The notes beneath the pieces are model-generated. The model had not been told where the DNA came from, ran no database searches, and saw only the letters and a list, made by a program, of their open reading frames with translations. Source: Candidatus Woesearchaeota archaeon (GTDB lineage Archaea > Nanobdellota > Nanobdellia > Woesearchaeales > GW2011-AR15). From it: a stretch of DNA of 41,648 nt. The translations under genes were made by a program, and so were the position numbers. Below are positions 18,910 to 28,189 of the stretch, in pieces (the stretch's first letter is position 1; each line of letters starts with the position of its first letter). The stretch lies in the NCBI GenBank assembly GCA_014729915.1, contig WJJD01000016.1, forward strand, positions 1 through 41,648. The letters run 5' to 3'.

Positions 18910-20826
18910 TCAATAACTTTTTGCAAAGTTAATCCAGTACTTGGCTTTTTTATCGCAGTGGATACATTTCCCTTTTACATTTTTTGGAGAATCAAAAGGA
19001 ATATTTAATGTCTTGACACCTGTTGTCTTGTGCTTTATCCAGTCCTCACATTCCTCTTTTCCGCAGTGAAGTGCTTTTATCATTTTCCTGTCTCTGGCAT
19101 ATTGTTTAAATTCTTCCCAGGTTTCTGCTGTGACCTGGTTTTTTTCCATGAATTTCTTTGCTTTATTGTAAAGGTTCTCATGTATCTTATTGCTTATGGT
19201 TCTTACCTGTTCTTTCAGATCTTTTATTTTTACAAAAATCTTTTCTCCGGTGTCACGTCTTACAATCACTGCCTGATTTTTTTTTAAGTCTCTTGGGCCA
19301 ATCTCGATTCTTATCGGAACACCTTTAAGCTCCCATTCATTGAATTTCCAGCCGGGTGTGTAATCCTCCCTGTCATCTAGTTCAACTGAAAATTCATCAA
19401 GCAGTTCTTTTATTTCCTCAGCTTTTTTAAGGACTTGTTTTTTTGTTTTTTCAAACAATATCGGAACAATTACAACCTGGATCGGTGCAACCCTTGGAGG
19501 AATTACAAGGCCTTTATCATCTCCGTGCATCATTATCATTATTCCGATGCTTCGCGTTGTTATTGCCCATGAATTCTGCCAGGGATATCTTTTTTTGCTG
19601 TTCTCATCCAAAAAAATTATATCAAAGCTTTTTGCAAAATTCTGACCGAGTGCATGTGATGTTGCACCTTGTATTGCTTTGTTGTTCGGAAGAAATATCT
19701 CAACTGAAGTTGTGTAATCTGCTCCTGCAAATTTTTCTTTGTTTGATTTTTTTCCTTTAATTACTGGTATTGCATAAAGCTCTTTAAAGCAGTCTTCATA
19801 TAAATTAAGTATATCAATTACCTCCTGGTCTGCTTCTTTTTTGGTTGCAAATACAGTATGTCCTTCATGCCAAAGGAATTCCCTTGTCCTTAAGAAGGGC
19901 ACAGCATACTTGAATTCCCATCTTACAACATTGTTCCACTGGTTCAATCTTAATGGGAGATCCCTGTATGATCTTATCCATTTTTTATATGAATCATACA
20001 TTATGGTTTCAGATGTGGGTCTTACTGCTAATTTTTCGTTGAGTTTTGAGTTTCCTGCATGTGTGACCCAGGCAACCTCAGGAGAGAACCCTTCAACATG
20101 GTCCTGCTCTTTTACTAATAATTTTTCCGGGATGAACAACGGAAAATAAGCATTTTTTACTCCCATTTCTTTAAGTCTTTTATCAACATATTCCTGGACT
20201 TTTTCCCAGATGCGGTATGAATACGGACGAAACACAATGCATCCTGAGACTTGTGTATAGTCTGCCATCTCTGATTTCTGGATGACCTGTGTGTACCACT
20301 CGCTGAAATTTTCTTCTCTTGTGACATTCAGTCCTAATGTTGATTCTTTTTTCTTTTGCTTTTTTTCAAATTCAATAATTTCAGGATTAACCAGATCTAT
20401 ATAATCTTCATTTGATATCTCGATTGTTTTTTTGTGTGAGCCGGGACTGAAGTATATCTTTTTGCTCTTTAATAATGACTTATCCAGATAGGTTTTTGTG
20501 TTCATCAGGTTTCCGAATGGATAGACTGCACCTGGATTGCAATCTGCAATATCTTTGACTTCGTTTGCTGTTGCAAGCTCAAGATCTTTGTCTAATATCT
20601 TTGATAATTTTTTCTTATTTACACTTTTATCTCCGGGACCTACAACAAGGATGAATTTATTGTCTTTTGTTTTGAATAATAATGATTTAGCTATTGCATT
20701 TTGGGAAACTTTTGCTTTTTTGGCCTGTTCTTTACAGGTTTCTATTCTTTCGTGTTCAATTATCTTTATCCCGATCTCATTTTTTTCTAAAAAATCAATA
20801 ATTTTTTTTTCCATTAGTTTCACCAT
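18910..20826 (-). CDS. proS: proline--tRNA ligase (archaeal type) fused to an N-terminal YbaK/ProX-like deacylase domain
   Basis: Residues ~1-155 look like YbaK (KSLLFK...LVVGPGDKSVNKKKL...PGAVYPFGN). From ENFSEWYTQVI...VSGCIVFRPY onward it is class II ProRS, with a C-terminal zinc domain ending FAKSY. Confidence 0.88.
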   Translation of the reverse strand: MVKLMEKKIIDFLEKNEIGIKIIEHERIETCKEQAKKAKVSQNAIAKSLLFKTKDNKFILVVGPGDKSVNKKKLSKILDKDLELATANEVKDIADCNPGAVYPFGNLMNTKTYLDKSLLKSKKIYFSPGSHKKTIEISNEDYIDLVNPEIIEFEKKQKKKESTLGLNVTREENFSEWYTQVIQKSEMADYTQVSGCIVFRPYSYRIWEKVQEYVDKRLKEMGVKNAYFPLFIPEKLLVKEQDHVEGFSPEVAWVTHAGNSKLNEKLAVRPTSETIMYDSYKKWIRSYRDLPLRLNQWNNVVRWEFKYAVPFLRTREFLWHEGHTVFATKKEADQEVIDILNLYEDCFKELYAIPVIKGKKSNKEKFAGADYTTSVEIFLPNNKAIQGATSHALGQNFAKSFDIIFLDENSKKRYPWQNSWAITTRSIGIMIMMHGDDKGLVIPPRVAPIQVVIVPILFEKTKKQVLKKAEEIKELLDEFSVELDDREDYTPGWKFNEWELKGVPIRIEIGPRDLKKNQAVIVRRDTGEKIFVKIKDLKEQVRTISNKIHENLYNKAKKFMEKNQVTAETWEEFKQYARDRKMIKALHCGKEECEDWIKHKTTGVKTLNIPFDSPKNVKGKCIHCDKKAKYWINFAKSY

Positions 20827-20952
20827 TCGTCAAAATAAGAAATTGAATGTTATTTAAGAATATTTTTATGGATTTCTTGCAGAAATCCATTTGTGTTAGG
20901 AATTGTGAAAAAATAAATTACTGTCTACAGAACAGTGAAAAGTTTTGAATTC

Positions 20953-21738
20953 TTACTTATTTTTCCCTAGTTCTTTGCTTTTATTTACAGCTGCCAGAAC
21001 TGTGTTATCTATAACTTCTTTTATATCAGACTTTTCTAAGACTTTTCTTCCCTCTATTGTAGTCCCGCCGGGAGAGCTTACCATTGTTATCAACTCTTCC
21101 GGACTCAGATTTTTTTTCTGAAGAAGCTTTGCAGTTCCTAAAAAAGTCTGGACAGTGAGTTGTCTTGCAGTTTTTTCTGATAGTCCTGAATTTTTTCCGG
21201 CTAAAATAAAATAATTGATAAGCCTTGCAACAAAGGCAGGGCCTGAACCTGAAAGGCCTGTTACTGCATCAATCAGATTTTCGTCTAATTGGACTGCAAC
21301 ACCTGCTGTGTTTAACAGTTCATTTACAATTTTTTTGTCTTGCTGTGTTGCATCATCGGAAAAAGAATATCCAGCAGCCATCTCCCCTACTAAACAGGGA
21401 GTGTTTGGCATGACTCTTGCTATTCTTGAACCTGGTATTGATTCCTTTATCTGTCTTATTGTGATTCCTGCTGCAATCGAGATTACAAGACCTGAAAACT
21501 CAGAAATTTCTTTTAAGACAGGTTGAATATATTGAGGTTTTACTGCAAGAAGAATAATATCTGAATTTTTTGCAAGTTCATAATTATCATCAAACATCTT
21601 TATTCCGTATTGTTGGCTAATCATTTGTCTAGTTTTGTTGTTGACATCACTTCCTATAATCCTGTATTCTAAGTGGATAATACTTTCAATAAGCGCCTCT
21701 CCCATCTTTCCTGTTCCGATAATACCTATTGTTTTCAT
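20953..21738 (-). CDS. proC: pyrroline-5-carboxylate reductase
   Basis: MKTIGIIGTGKMGEAL is a Rossmann motif, and ...RVMPNTPCLVG...GSGPAF...SSPGGTTIEG follows. I place the start at the ATG at 21738; the 50 codons upstream in the track ORF look non-coding. Confidence 0.88.
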   Translation of the reverse strand: MKTIGIIGTGKMGEALIESIIHLEYRIIGSDVNNKTRQMISQQYGIKMFDDNYELAKNSDIILLAVKPQYIQPVLKEISEFSGLVISIAAGITIRQIKESIPGSRIARVMPNTPCLVGEMAAGYSFSDDATQQDKKIVNELLNTAGVAVQLDENLIDAVTGLSGSGPAFVARLINYFILAGKNSGLSEKTARQLTVQTFLGTAKLLQKKNLSPEELITMVSSPGGTTIEGRKVLEKSDIKEVIDNTVLAAVNKSKELGKNK

Positions 21739-21835
21739 ATTTAGATATTTTGAAAAGTTTTGAATTATAAAAAGGATATAGCACAACTTATTAGTAATTA
21801 TTAAGATATATTTAAAAATAAGAACAAAACTACCG

Positions 21836-22840
21836 TTGTTTATGACAAGGGATTTTTTTGATAGAATACTTGAATTACTTAAACACATAAATCCAAGTCT
21901 TTCATACTTTGACCATTGTTATTATGATATTTGTGTAATCGGTCCTCCAGGGGATTTATCAAGTGAGCTTCTTTCAATTGTTGTTCATTCAGAGAAACAT
22001 CCTTTAAAAGGTGTGGCTGGAACTTCAAATTTACAGGGAGGGTTAAGTGTAATTCTTGATGACAGGGTCTATGCAACTTTTGATTGTGATGGAAATTTAA
22101 TTGGTAGAAAAGGAGGTTCTGTTGAACGGAATCTTCAGAAATTAATCATTCCTTCTTTAATAACCGCTGTAAATAATCCTAAAAAAGCAAAAAAACAAGT
22201 GTATATTCACACTGAATACAAAAATTCAAGTGATCTGGCTGTTAATCATTATTCTGAAGATAAACTGGAAAAAAGAAAAAAAAGACTTATTACGTTAACT
22301 CGTTCAAGTTCATTAGTTCCTAATTATATTCAAAACAATAATGATTTAACAGTTGGAAATTATCTGAGGGCAGCTACAATTGTCTCAAATGTTTTATTAG
22401 AGGATAATATTGAATTGCTTAGTCCTGATAAGTTGAACAGAGTCAATCTTAAAAAATATGTTTATCAAGAGGATAAAGAAGTTTATGATTCAGAGAACAG
22501 GGATTCTGCAAGTTTTGATCTTGCAAAATATGCTGAAGAAAAGCCAAGTAATCGTACAGAAATAATTAATGGAACCTGCATGCTCTTAAGGGAAGATGAA
22601 GATGATTCAGAAAAAGGGTATAGAATCGAACTAGCTAACAGATATCCATTTACAGAAAGAAAACAAGGAAAAGATGATAAAGAAACCATGGACCATGATT
22701 TGGAACAGCTTGCTGAAAAATATTTAAATGCATATGAAGCGCTTAATAAAGCCGGATTTCCAATAAATATAGACAGGTTTACGAGAAAAATAATGTTGGG
22801 AGAATATAATCTGAATAAAGGTAGTTTATTTATTGATTAG
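21836..22840 (+). CDS. hypothetical protein
   Basis: Intact 334-aa ORF divergent from proC, with a TTG start or an ATG at 21842. No family recognised. Confidence 0.5.
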   Translation: MFMTRDFFDRILELLKHINPSLSYFDHCYYDICVIGPPGDLSSELLSIVVHSEKHPLKGVAGTSNLQGGLSVILDDRVYATFDCDGNLIGRKGGSVERNLQKLIIPSLITAVNNPKKAKKQVYIHTEYKNSSDLAVNHYSEDKLEKRKKRLITLTRSSSLVPNYIQNNNDLTVGNYLRAATIVSNVLLEDNIELLSPDKLNRVNLKKYVYQEDKEVYDSENRDSASFDLAKYAEEKPSNRTEIINGTCMLLREDEDDSEKGYRIELANRYPFTERKQGKDDKETMDHDLEQLAEKYLNAYEALNKAGFPINIDRFTRKIMLGEYNLNKGSLFID

Positions 22841-22920
22841 TGAATCTAAGTGTAAAATGGTGTAGGTATTTTTTTACAGTTCCTTTATTAAAGTAAGTTA
22901 AAAAACAGTGATTTTCCCTA

Positions 22921-23697
22921 TTAAAGAATTTCCACAAATCTTAACGGATGCGGAGAGGGTTTTACCTCAATTGTATCAAGCTCATTGAATTCATATTCAT
23001 TGCTTACTGAATCTGCAACAAGAATCCCCTGAAAACTTTTTATCCTGATTTTAATCTTTTGATTTTTTGATAATATTACATTTATTACTTCAGGTTTTTT
23101 ATTTAATTTACCGACATAAGGCTCTCTTACAAGCAGCTGGAAATTATCAGATTCAAGGGGCATCTTTTTTCCACCTGCAGAATCAAGCCAGGCATAACTT
23201 CCGGATGGTGTTCCAACCAGAATTCCGGAGCTTCGCTGGTACTCATTAATTTTCCTGATTTTAAGCTCGTAATTGAATAAATAATATGGCTTTCTTGGAC
23301 CAATATAAAACTCATTAAGAGCAAGATCAGGTACCGTATTTTCATTTATTTTTGTCTGGAGTCTTAAAAGTTTTAGAATCTTAAATTTACCTTTAAGGAT
23401 TTTTATAATATCTTTCTTAAACTTGTTTTTGTTGGTTCTTGTAAAAAAGCCCTCTTTTTTTTTCGGAAATTGATTCAAACCTAACTGAAGCTTGTCTTTG
23501 TTAAAATGCGATGCTCTTAAAAATGTTCCGTCACCACCTATTGTTATAATCAGATCTGTTGTTTTAAAACAGTTTTTGGCAAGCTCTGCACGATCTAAAA
23601 AATTATATCTTATATTTTTTTCAGAAAGAAACTTTTTTACGGACTTTAAAAATTTCTCAGAAATTTTTAAATGATATACAAAACAGATATGTTTCAT
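22921..23697 (-). CDS. nadK: NAD kinase
   Basis: It has the IITIGGDGTFLRA (GGDG) motif and a later GTPSGSYAW (Gly-rich NAD-kinase) motif. Confidence 0.85.
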   Translation of the reverse strand: MKHICFVYHLKISEKFLKSVKKFLSEKNIRYNFLDRAELAKNCFKTTDLIITIGGDGTFLRASHFNKDKLQLGLNQFPKKKEGFFTRTNKNKFKKDIIKILKGKFKILKLLRLQTKINENTVPDLALNEFYIGPRKPYYLFNYELKIRKINEYQRSSGILVGTPSGSYAWLDSAGGKKMPLESDNFQLLVREPYVGKLNKKPEVINVILSKNQKIKIRIKSFQGILVADSVSNEYEFNELDTIEVKPSPHPLRFVEIL

Positions 23698-23720
23698 AAA
23701 TTAAAGAAATAAAAAGGAAT

Positions 23721-23963
23721 TTATTTTTGTTTTGCTTTTTCTCTTGTATCTGGATAAGGTCTTTTTACTGTTATTGGAATTTTTCCTTGTGCAAATTCTC
23801 TTTTTGCAATCTCTAAAGGTCTATATTTGATCTCTTCAAGTTCCTCTTCTGTCATCTCTATCAGGAGAGGTGCACCGGATGCTATCTGCAGGGCTCTACT
23901 CCCAATCATTCTTGCTTTTTCAAACTTTGTATATTTCTTTTCCTTTTTTTTTTTCTTTGCCAT
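23721..23963 (-). CDS. rpoK: DNA-directed RNA polymerase subunit K (Rpo6)
   Basis: YTKFEKARMIGSRALQIASGAPLLIE...PLEIAKREFAQGKIPITVKR matches Rpo6/omega-like subunits. Confidence 0.88.
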   Translation of the reverse strand: MAKKKKKEKKYTKFEKARMIGSRALQIASGAPLLIEMTEEELEEIKYRPLEIAKREFAQGKIPITVKRPYPDTREKAKQK

Positions 23964-23969
23964 TTTAAA

Positions 23970-24746
23970 TCACTTTTTCATGATTTTCCTGATCTCTTCT
24001 GATTTTTCAAGGGCAAGATCTATCATCTTTTCAATATCCTCAAGTGATAATGGTTCGTCTCCTGCTTTCTGCAGAGAGCATATTTTCTTATCCTTTGTTG
24101 TAGTTATAGTCAATCTGGAATCAAGAACCTTTTCTTCTTCAACTAAAGGATCCACAATAAAATGCTTTCCAATCTTTAATACTGTTATTGGTATAGGAGT
24201 CTTTTTTATTGAAAGTTTTGTTTTTGTAAGGCTCTTATAATCGACATTCTCACCTTTTCTTGACGGATATCTTGCAGTCTTTAATGCAATGATTGCAGCA
24301 AGGCCAGCTGCATCTAAAATATTTCCGGCATGGTTTAGAGTACAGATATCAATCGCTACAATCCATACAAGCTCTCCTTTTTTGACACAGAGTTTTTTCA
24401 TGTCAAGTGCTCCTGATTCTCTTATGCCCCTGTCAACAACTCTTGCTATCTCAATTGCATCAATTCCAGGAGGTCCCGGCTCAAAATCAGGAGAACTCAT
24501 TGGCAAAAGCTCTGTGTTTACAGTTATTGTCCCCTGGTCCAGTTTATCCGGATAGGGTTTTCCAAGCTCAAATTTAACTCCGACTAAAACGTCTGTTTTT
24601 CCGATTTTTACTCTGCATGAACCTTCGGCAGTTTTGATACAGTCAGGCTCAATGCTCACTTTCCTGAACTCTGTGAGTTTCCTGTTATCGTAACGTGTAT
24701 TACTGTTAAGATATTTTTCAATGTGTTTTTTTAATTCTTTATTCAT
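23970..24746 (-). CDS. rrp42: exosome complex component Rrp42
   Basis: RNase PH-like inactive subunit (RYDNRKLTEFR...) in the operon position after rrp41. Confidence 0.85.
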   Translation of the reverse strand: MNKELKKHIEKYLNSNTRYDNRKLTEFRKVSIEPDCIKTAEGSCRVKIGKTDVLVGVKFELGKPYPDKLDQGTITVNTELLPMSSPDFEPGPPGIDAIEIARVVDRGIRESGALDMKKLCVKKGELVWIVAIDICTLNHAGNILDAAGLAAIIALKTARYPSRKGENVDYKSLTKTKLSIKKTPIPITVLKIGKHFIVDPLVEEEKVLDSRLTITTTKDKKICSLQKAGDEPLSLEDIEKMIDLALEKSEEIRKIMKK

Positions 24747-25456
24747 TTTTTAGCACCCTGAATCTCAAATTTCTTTTTTAATGCTTTTTTCTGTATTTCA
24801 TTGATCTTTAATAATGGTTCTTTTATGATTTTCAATGCATTTAGAAGTGTCTTTTTGTCAATGATTCCGTCCATTTGAAGTAATGTTATTTCACCTGTAC
24901 TTGGTATCATTGCAACAGGAATGTCAGAAACTTCTGCATCCAATGCTTCTTCTTCATAATCAAGATCAACAACTATCTTATCATCCACTTTTCCTACTGA
25001 GACCGCCGAAATTAGATCTGTCATGACAATTCCAGCGTCAGCCAGAGCCATTGAAGCAGCACAGATTCCTGCACATCTTGAACCTGCATCTGTTTGTGAT
25101 AATTCAACAAACACATCAACAACTGTGTTCGGATATGAATCAAGATCAAGAACAGGAAGCAATGCTTTTTCTGTTACCATAGAAATTTCTTTACTTCTTC
25201 TTGAAGGTCCCGGTCTTACACGATCTCCGCTTCCCGAAAAAGGCATCATGTTATAATTGCACCTTAACATTGCCTTTGTCGGATCCTGTAGAAAACTTGG
25301 ATAAAGCTCTCTCGGTCCGTAAACAGAAGAATACGCCTCTGTTTTACCTATCTTAAAATATGCTGAGCCTCTCGCATTAGGAATGATTCCGACTTTTGCT
25401 TCAATTTTTCTGAGCTCATGAAAATCTCTTCCGTCTACTCTTTTCTTATAAGACAT
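24743..25456 (-). CDS. rrp41: exosome complex exonuclease Rrp41
   Basis: RNase PH domain (RVDGRDFHELR, GPSRRSKEI, QTDAGSR) with a 4-nt overlap with rrp42. Confidence 0.9.
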   Translation of the reverse strand: MSYKKRVDGRDFHELRKIEAKVGIIPNARGSAYFKIGKTEAYSSVYGPRELYPSFLQDPTKAMLRCNYNMMPFSGSGDRVRPGPSRRSKEISMVTEKALLPVLDLDSYPNTVVDVFVELSQTDAGSRCAGICAASMALADAGIVMTDLISAVSVGKVDDKIVVDLDYEEEALDAEVSDIPVAMIPSTGEITLLQMDGIIDKKTLLNALKIIKEPLLKINEIQKKALKKKFEIQGAKK

Positions 25457-26173
25457 TTATTTCACCTTCTCTGATTTTATAAATTCGTTGATCCTGTTTG
25501 TTAGTCCTGAAACATGACTTTCTTTTTCTATTATTTTTATTGCTTCTGATGCAATGTATTCATCTTCAGGTTCACCTTTTATCCAGATGACTCCGTTTTG
25601 TCCGACAATTATATTACATTTTGTAGAATTTTTTATCATCGAAACCATCGATCCCCTTTTTCCAATTATTCTAGGAACCTTTGTCGGATCAATAATCACT
25701 ATTCTTCCGCTGTTTAATTTTTTTAATCCAGGTCCTTTCATAGATAGGTCTATCAAATTCTGGCTTGTAACATTTGTAATTTTTGTTAAAATAAAATCTC
25801 CGACTTCAAAATATTTTGTAAGGTCGGCTCCTTTAGGGATGTAGTCTGATGACGCATCCTTCATAGAAAGCATTGCAACATACGCAGAGTTTGTCTCAAC
25901 CCTCCATCCTGAAAAATTAATATCTTTAATTTTTCCGATGATAACATCCCCTTTTTTCGGAAGATATTTTCCTGAAAGCGGTATTAATTTAATTACTTTC
26001 CCGTCAATTCGGACTAAACCTAATTTTGAGGATAATATATTTTCTTTTAGTCTGTATGTCCCGTGGCTGGGCAGATAATTCATTCCCTGTGCCAGCAGTT
26101 CTCCCGGAACTACAATATCATTATCTGATACTTTTAATTTTGATTTATTCATATTTTTCACCTTTTCATTCAC
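25457..26173 (-). CDS. rrp4: exosome complex RNA-binding protein Rrp4
   Basis: S1 domain (GDVIIGKIKDINFSGWRVE) plus KH domain (VPRIIGKRGSMVSMI). Confidence 0.85.
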   Translation of the reverse strand: MNEKVKNMNKSKLKVSDNDIVVPGELLAQGMNYLPSHGTYRLKENILSSKLGLVRIDGKVIKLIPLSGKYLPKKGDVIIGKIKDINFSGWRVETNSAYVAMLSMKDASSDYIPKGADLTKYFEVGDFILTKITNVTSQNLIDLSMKGPGLKKLNSGRIVIIDPTKVPRIIGKRGSMVSMIKNSTKCNIIVGQNGVIWIKGEPEDEYIASEAIKIIEKESHVSGLTNRINEFIKSEKVK

Positions 26174-26885
26174 TAATCACTTTAGATTCAATCTCACCAT
26201 GAGTGAGCTTGTTCAATTTGTCAAAAAACTCATTTTGAATCCCTGCAGGAATCTCAACATTACAGACCCATGAACCATCTGTCTGCCAGTTGTCAAATTT
26301 TATTTTTGCCATACGATCTACAACAGAATATGCTTTTGGAGCGTGTTTTGGCCCGATTTTGATCTGAATTTCTTTTTTTGAAAATTTAATCGGAATTATG
26401 GGTCTAAGATCAGTTACTATGTCATCAACCTGGCTCTCTGCATCTTTTATCTCATCAATTTTTATATTGGCTTCTTCAAAAGCAGCTTCAATTCTTGTTT
26501 TCGGGTGAGGCAGTTTTGTCTGGGGATCAATTGCATTTCTTGTTATTATGTCAATTATTCTTTTTTTCTTTTCTTTTCTTATCTTGTCCCTGTATTCCTG
26601 TGTGAACTGTATCTCGCCCTTGTCCAGAATGTTTTTACCCACCTGGATGGGATCAGATGTGCCAAAGATTGATTTCAGATCTTTTTCTGAAGCTAAGAAT
26701 CCTTTTTTAGCATCACTAAATATTTTTTCATATCTTAAGATTTCTCTGGTTTCAACTTTTTTTTTTTCTTTGAATTCTATTATTTTATCAGGATCGATTA
26801 TCACTTCAAATGTTTGACCTCCCTTCTTAATTTTTGCCAGGTTGAATTTCACCTGCTCTTTGTCAAAGGTTTTTGTAGGCCTCAT
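26166..26885 (-). CDS. sdo1: ribosome maturation protein SBDS/Sdo1
   Basis: KKGGQTFEVIIDP...IFSDAKKGFLAS... and the superoperon position support the call. Confidence 0.85.
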   Translation of the reverse strand: MRPTKTFDKEQVKFNLAKIKKGGQTFEVIIDPDKIIEFKEKKKVETREILRYEKIFSDAKKGFLASEKDLKSIFGTSDPIQVGKNILDKGEIQFTQEYRDKIRKEKKKRIIDIITRNAIDPQTKLPHPKTRIEAAFEEANIKIDEIKDAESQVDDIVTDLRPIIPIKFSKKEIQIKIGPKHAPKAYSVVDRMAKIKFDNWQTDGSWVCNVEIPAGIQNEFFDKLNKLTHGEIESKVISE

Positions 26886-27619
26886 TTTTTCTTGATAATC
26901 TCACTGATCTTTTTGGAATCCATCCTTGTAAATGATCTCTTATCCGTACTGATGTATGATGCATCAACCCTGTCACTGTTAATTTCATCTCCAATGACCT
27001 TTTTTAAAGCATTGATTGCAAGCTTTAATGCTTCTTCAATTGTTAGTGTCTCTTTATATTCTTTGTAGAGTATCTCTTCGATTTCATTTCCATGTTCTCC
27101 AATCACTGTTGCCTTGTATTGGAAATAGATTCCTGTGGGATCTGTTTCAAACAGCTTTGGTTCATTATTATTATCTACTCCTCCGAGAAGAAGTGATACA
27201 CCGAAAGGTCTTAATCCTCCGCTCTGCGTGCACATCTGCTTTAAGTCACAGATGCTTTTTACAACACTTATTATATCAATGGGTGTATCATAAGTCACCC
27301 TGTGTTGTTGTGCTCTTATCTGGCCCCTGTCAATCAATACTCTGGAATCACTTAATATTCCGGATGCTGTTGCCATTATGTGCTCATCAATCTTCCAGAT
27401 CTTTTCTACTGCTTCTGGAACAATCAGCTTGTCAACAATTCTTTTATCTGTAACAAATAATACTCCGTCTTTGCAGACAAATCCCATAGCGGTTGATCCC
27501 TGTCTTACTGTTTTTTTAGCATATTCCACCTGAAGGAGCCTTCCGTCAGGAGAAAACATTGTAATTGCTCTGTCATATCCCATTACTTGATGCGGCATTG
27601 GTTGCATTTTATAGGTCAC
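26882..27619 (-). CDS. psmA: proteasome subunit alpha
   Basis: YDRAITMFSPDGRLLQVEYA is the alpha-subunit signature. Confidence 0.92.
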   Translation of the reverse strand: MTYKMQPMPHQVMGYDRAITMFSPDGRLLQVEYAKKTVRQGSTAMGFVCKDGVLFVTDKRIVDKLIVPEAVEKIWKIDEHIMATASGILSDSRVLIDRGQIRAQQHRVTYDTPIDIISVVKSICDLKQMCTQSGGLRPFGVSLLLGGVDNNNEPKLFETDPTGIYFQYKATVIGEHGNEIEEILYKEYKETLTIEEALKLAINALKKVIGDEINSDRVDASYISTDKRSFTRMDSKKISEIIKKK

Positions 27620-27681
27620 CTCGAAACTTTGTTTTTGGTCATGGGTTTTGTGTACTTAGCTGTAAGAACCCATAACTGATA

Positions 27682-27707
27682 AAAAAGTGAACTTGTGTTC
27701 ACTTTTT
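27682..27707. terminator. perfect A5-stem-T5 palindromic hairpin between rnp2 and psmA
   Basis: AAAAAGTGAAC-TTGT-GTTCACTTTTT has an 11-bp perfect stem and abuts the rnp2 stop codon. A second hairpin, ATGGGTT...AACCCAT, lies at 27641..27673. Confidence 0.5.
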
Positions 27708-28054
27708 TATAAATATCTTGATTTAGCTTTTTTAATCATACCGGATACTCCGATACAATTGATTATAACTTTAATGTTGTCAATCTTTTTTATTATTGAT
27801 AAACTGAAACGGACCTGGTCAACAAATTTATGATTTACCCGAATCATTCCTCTCTTAAGGTCTTTATTAAAATTCTCTTTGAGAACAACTATTCCTGCTC
27901 TACCCAATCCAATTGATCCAAATAGTTTTTCAAATGAGTCAAGAATTTTCTTGTAAATCTTTTTCTCTGGAATTTTTTTTTCAGATATGATTTCAAAGAC
28001 CATATACCTTTTTTTCTCTTTTAAAGAGGGTAAAAGAGGTTTATTTGCTTTCAT
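27707..28054 (-). CDS. rnp2: RNase P protein component 2 (Pop5 homologue)
   Basis: LPSLKEKKRYMVFEI...GMIRVNHKFVD...INCIGVSGMIKKAK closely parallels archaeal Pop5/Rnp2. It is the first gene of the superoperon. Confidence 0.85.
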   Translation of the reverse strand: MKANKPLLPSLKEKKRYMVFEIISEKKIPEKKIYKKILDSFEKLFGSIGLGRAGIVVLKENFNKDLKRGMIRVNHKFVDQVRFSLSIIKKIDNIKVIINCIGVSGMIKKAKSRYL

Positions 28055-28189
28055 TATAATTTTAATGGAGAAATATCATTCTTCTTTTTTCTCTCCCGAT
28101 ATTTTGGATTATTAAGATATTTATAAAAGTTACTGAGAATGAATTGAAAAAACTTATATATTTTTATTATTTAAGTAAAAATTTGAAAA

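Noticed and set aside
17860-18912. Terminal inverted repeats for the IS630 remnant, from AGTTCATCTTTAAATAAAG near 17919 versus AGTTCATTTAAAAAAATG on the opposite strand near 18895.
   Set aside because: The left copy abuts the transposase ATG. The match is short and low complexity, and the right end of the element appears to be deleted.
21739-21888. 50-codon N-terminal extension of proC in the track ORF.
   Set aside because: The Rossmann motif starts right after the internal Met at 21738. The extension is hydrophobic low-complexity sequence that overlaps the divergent promoter region and ORF 21836..22840.
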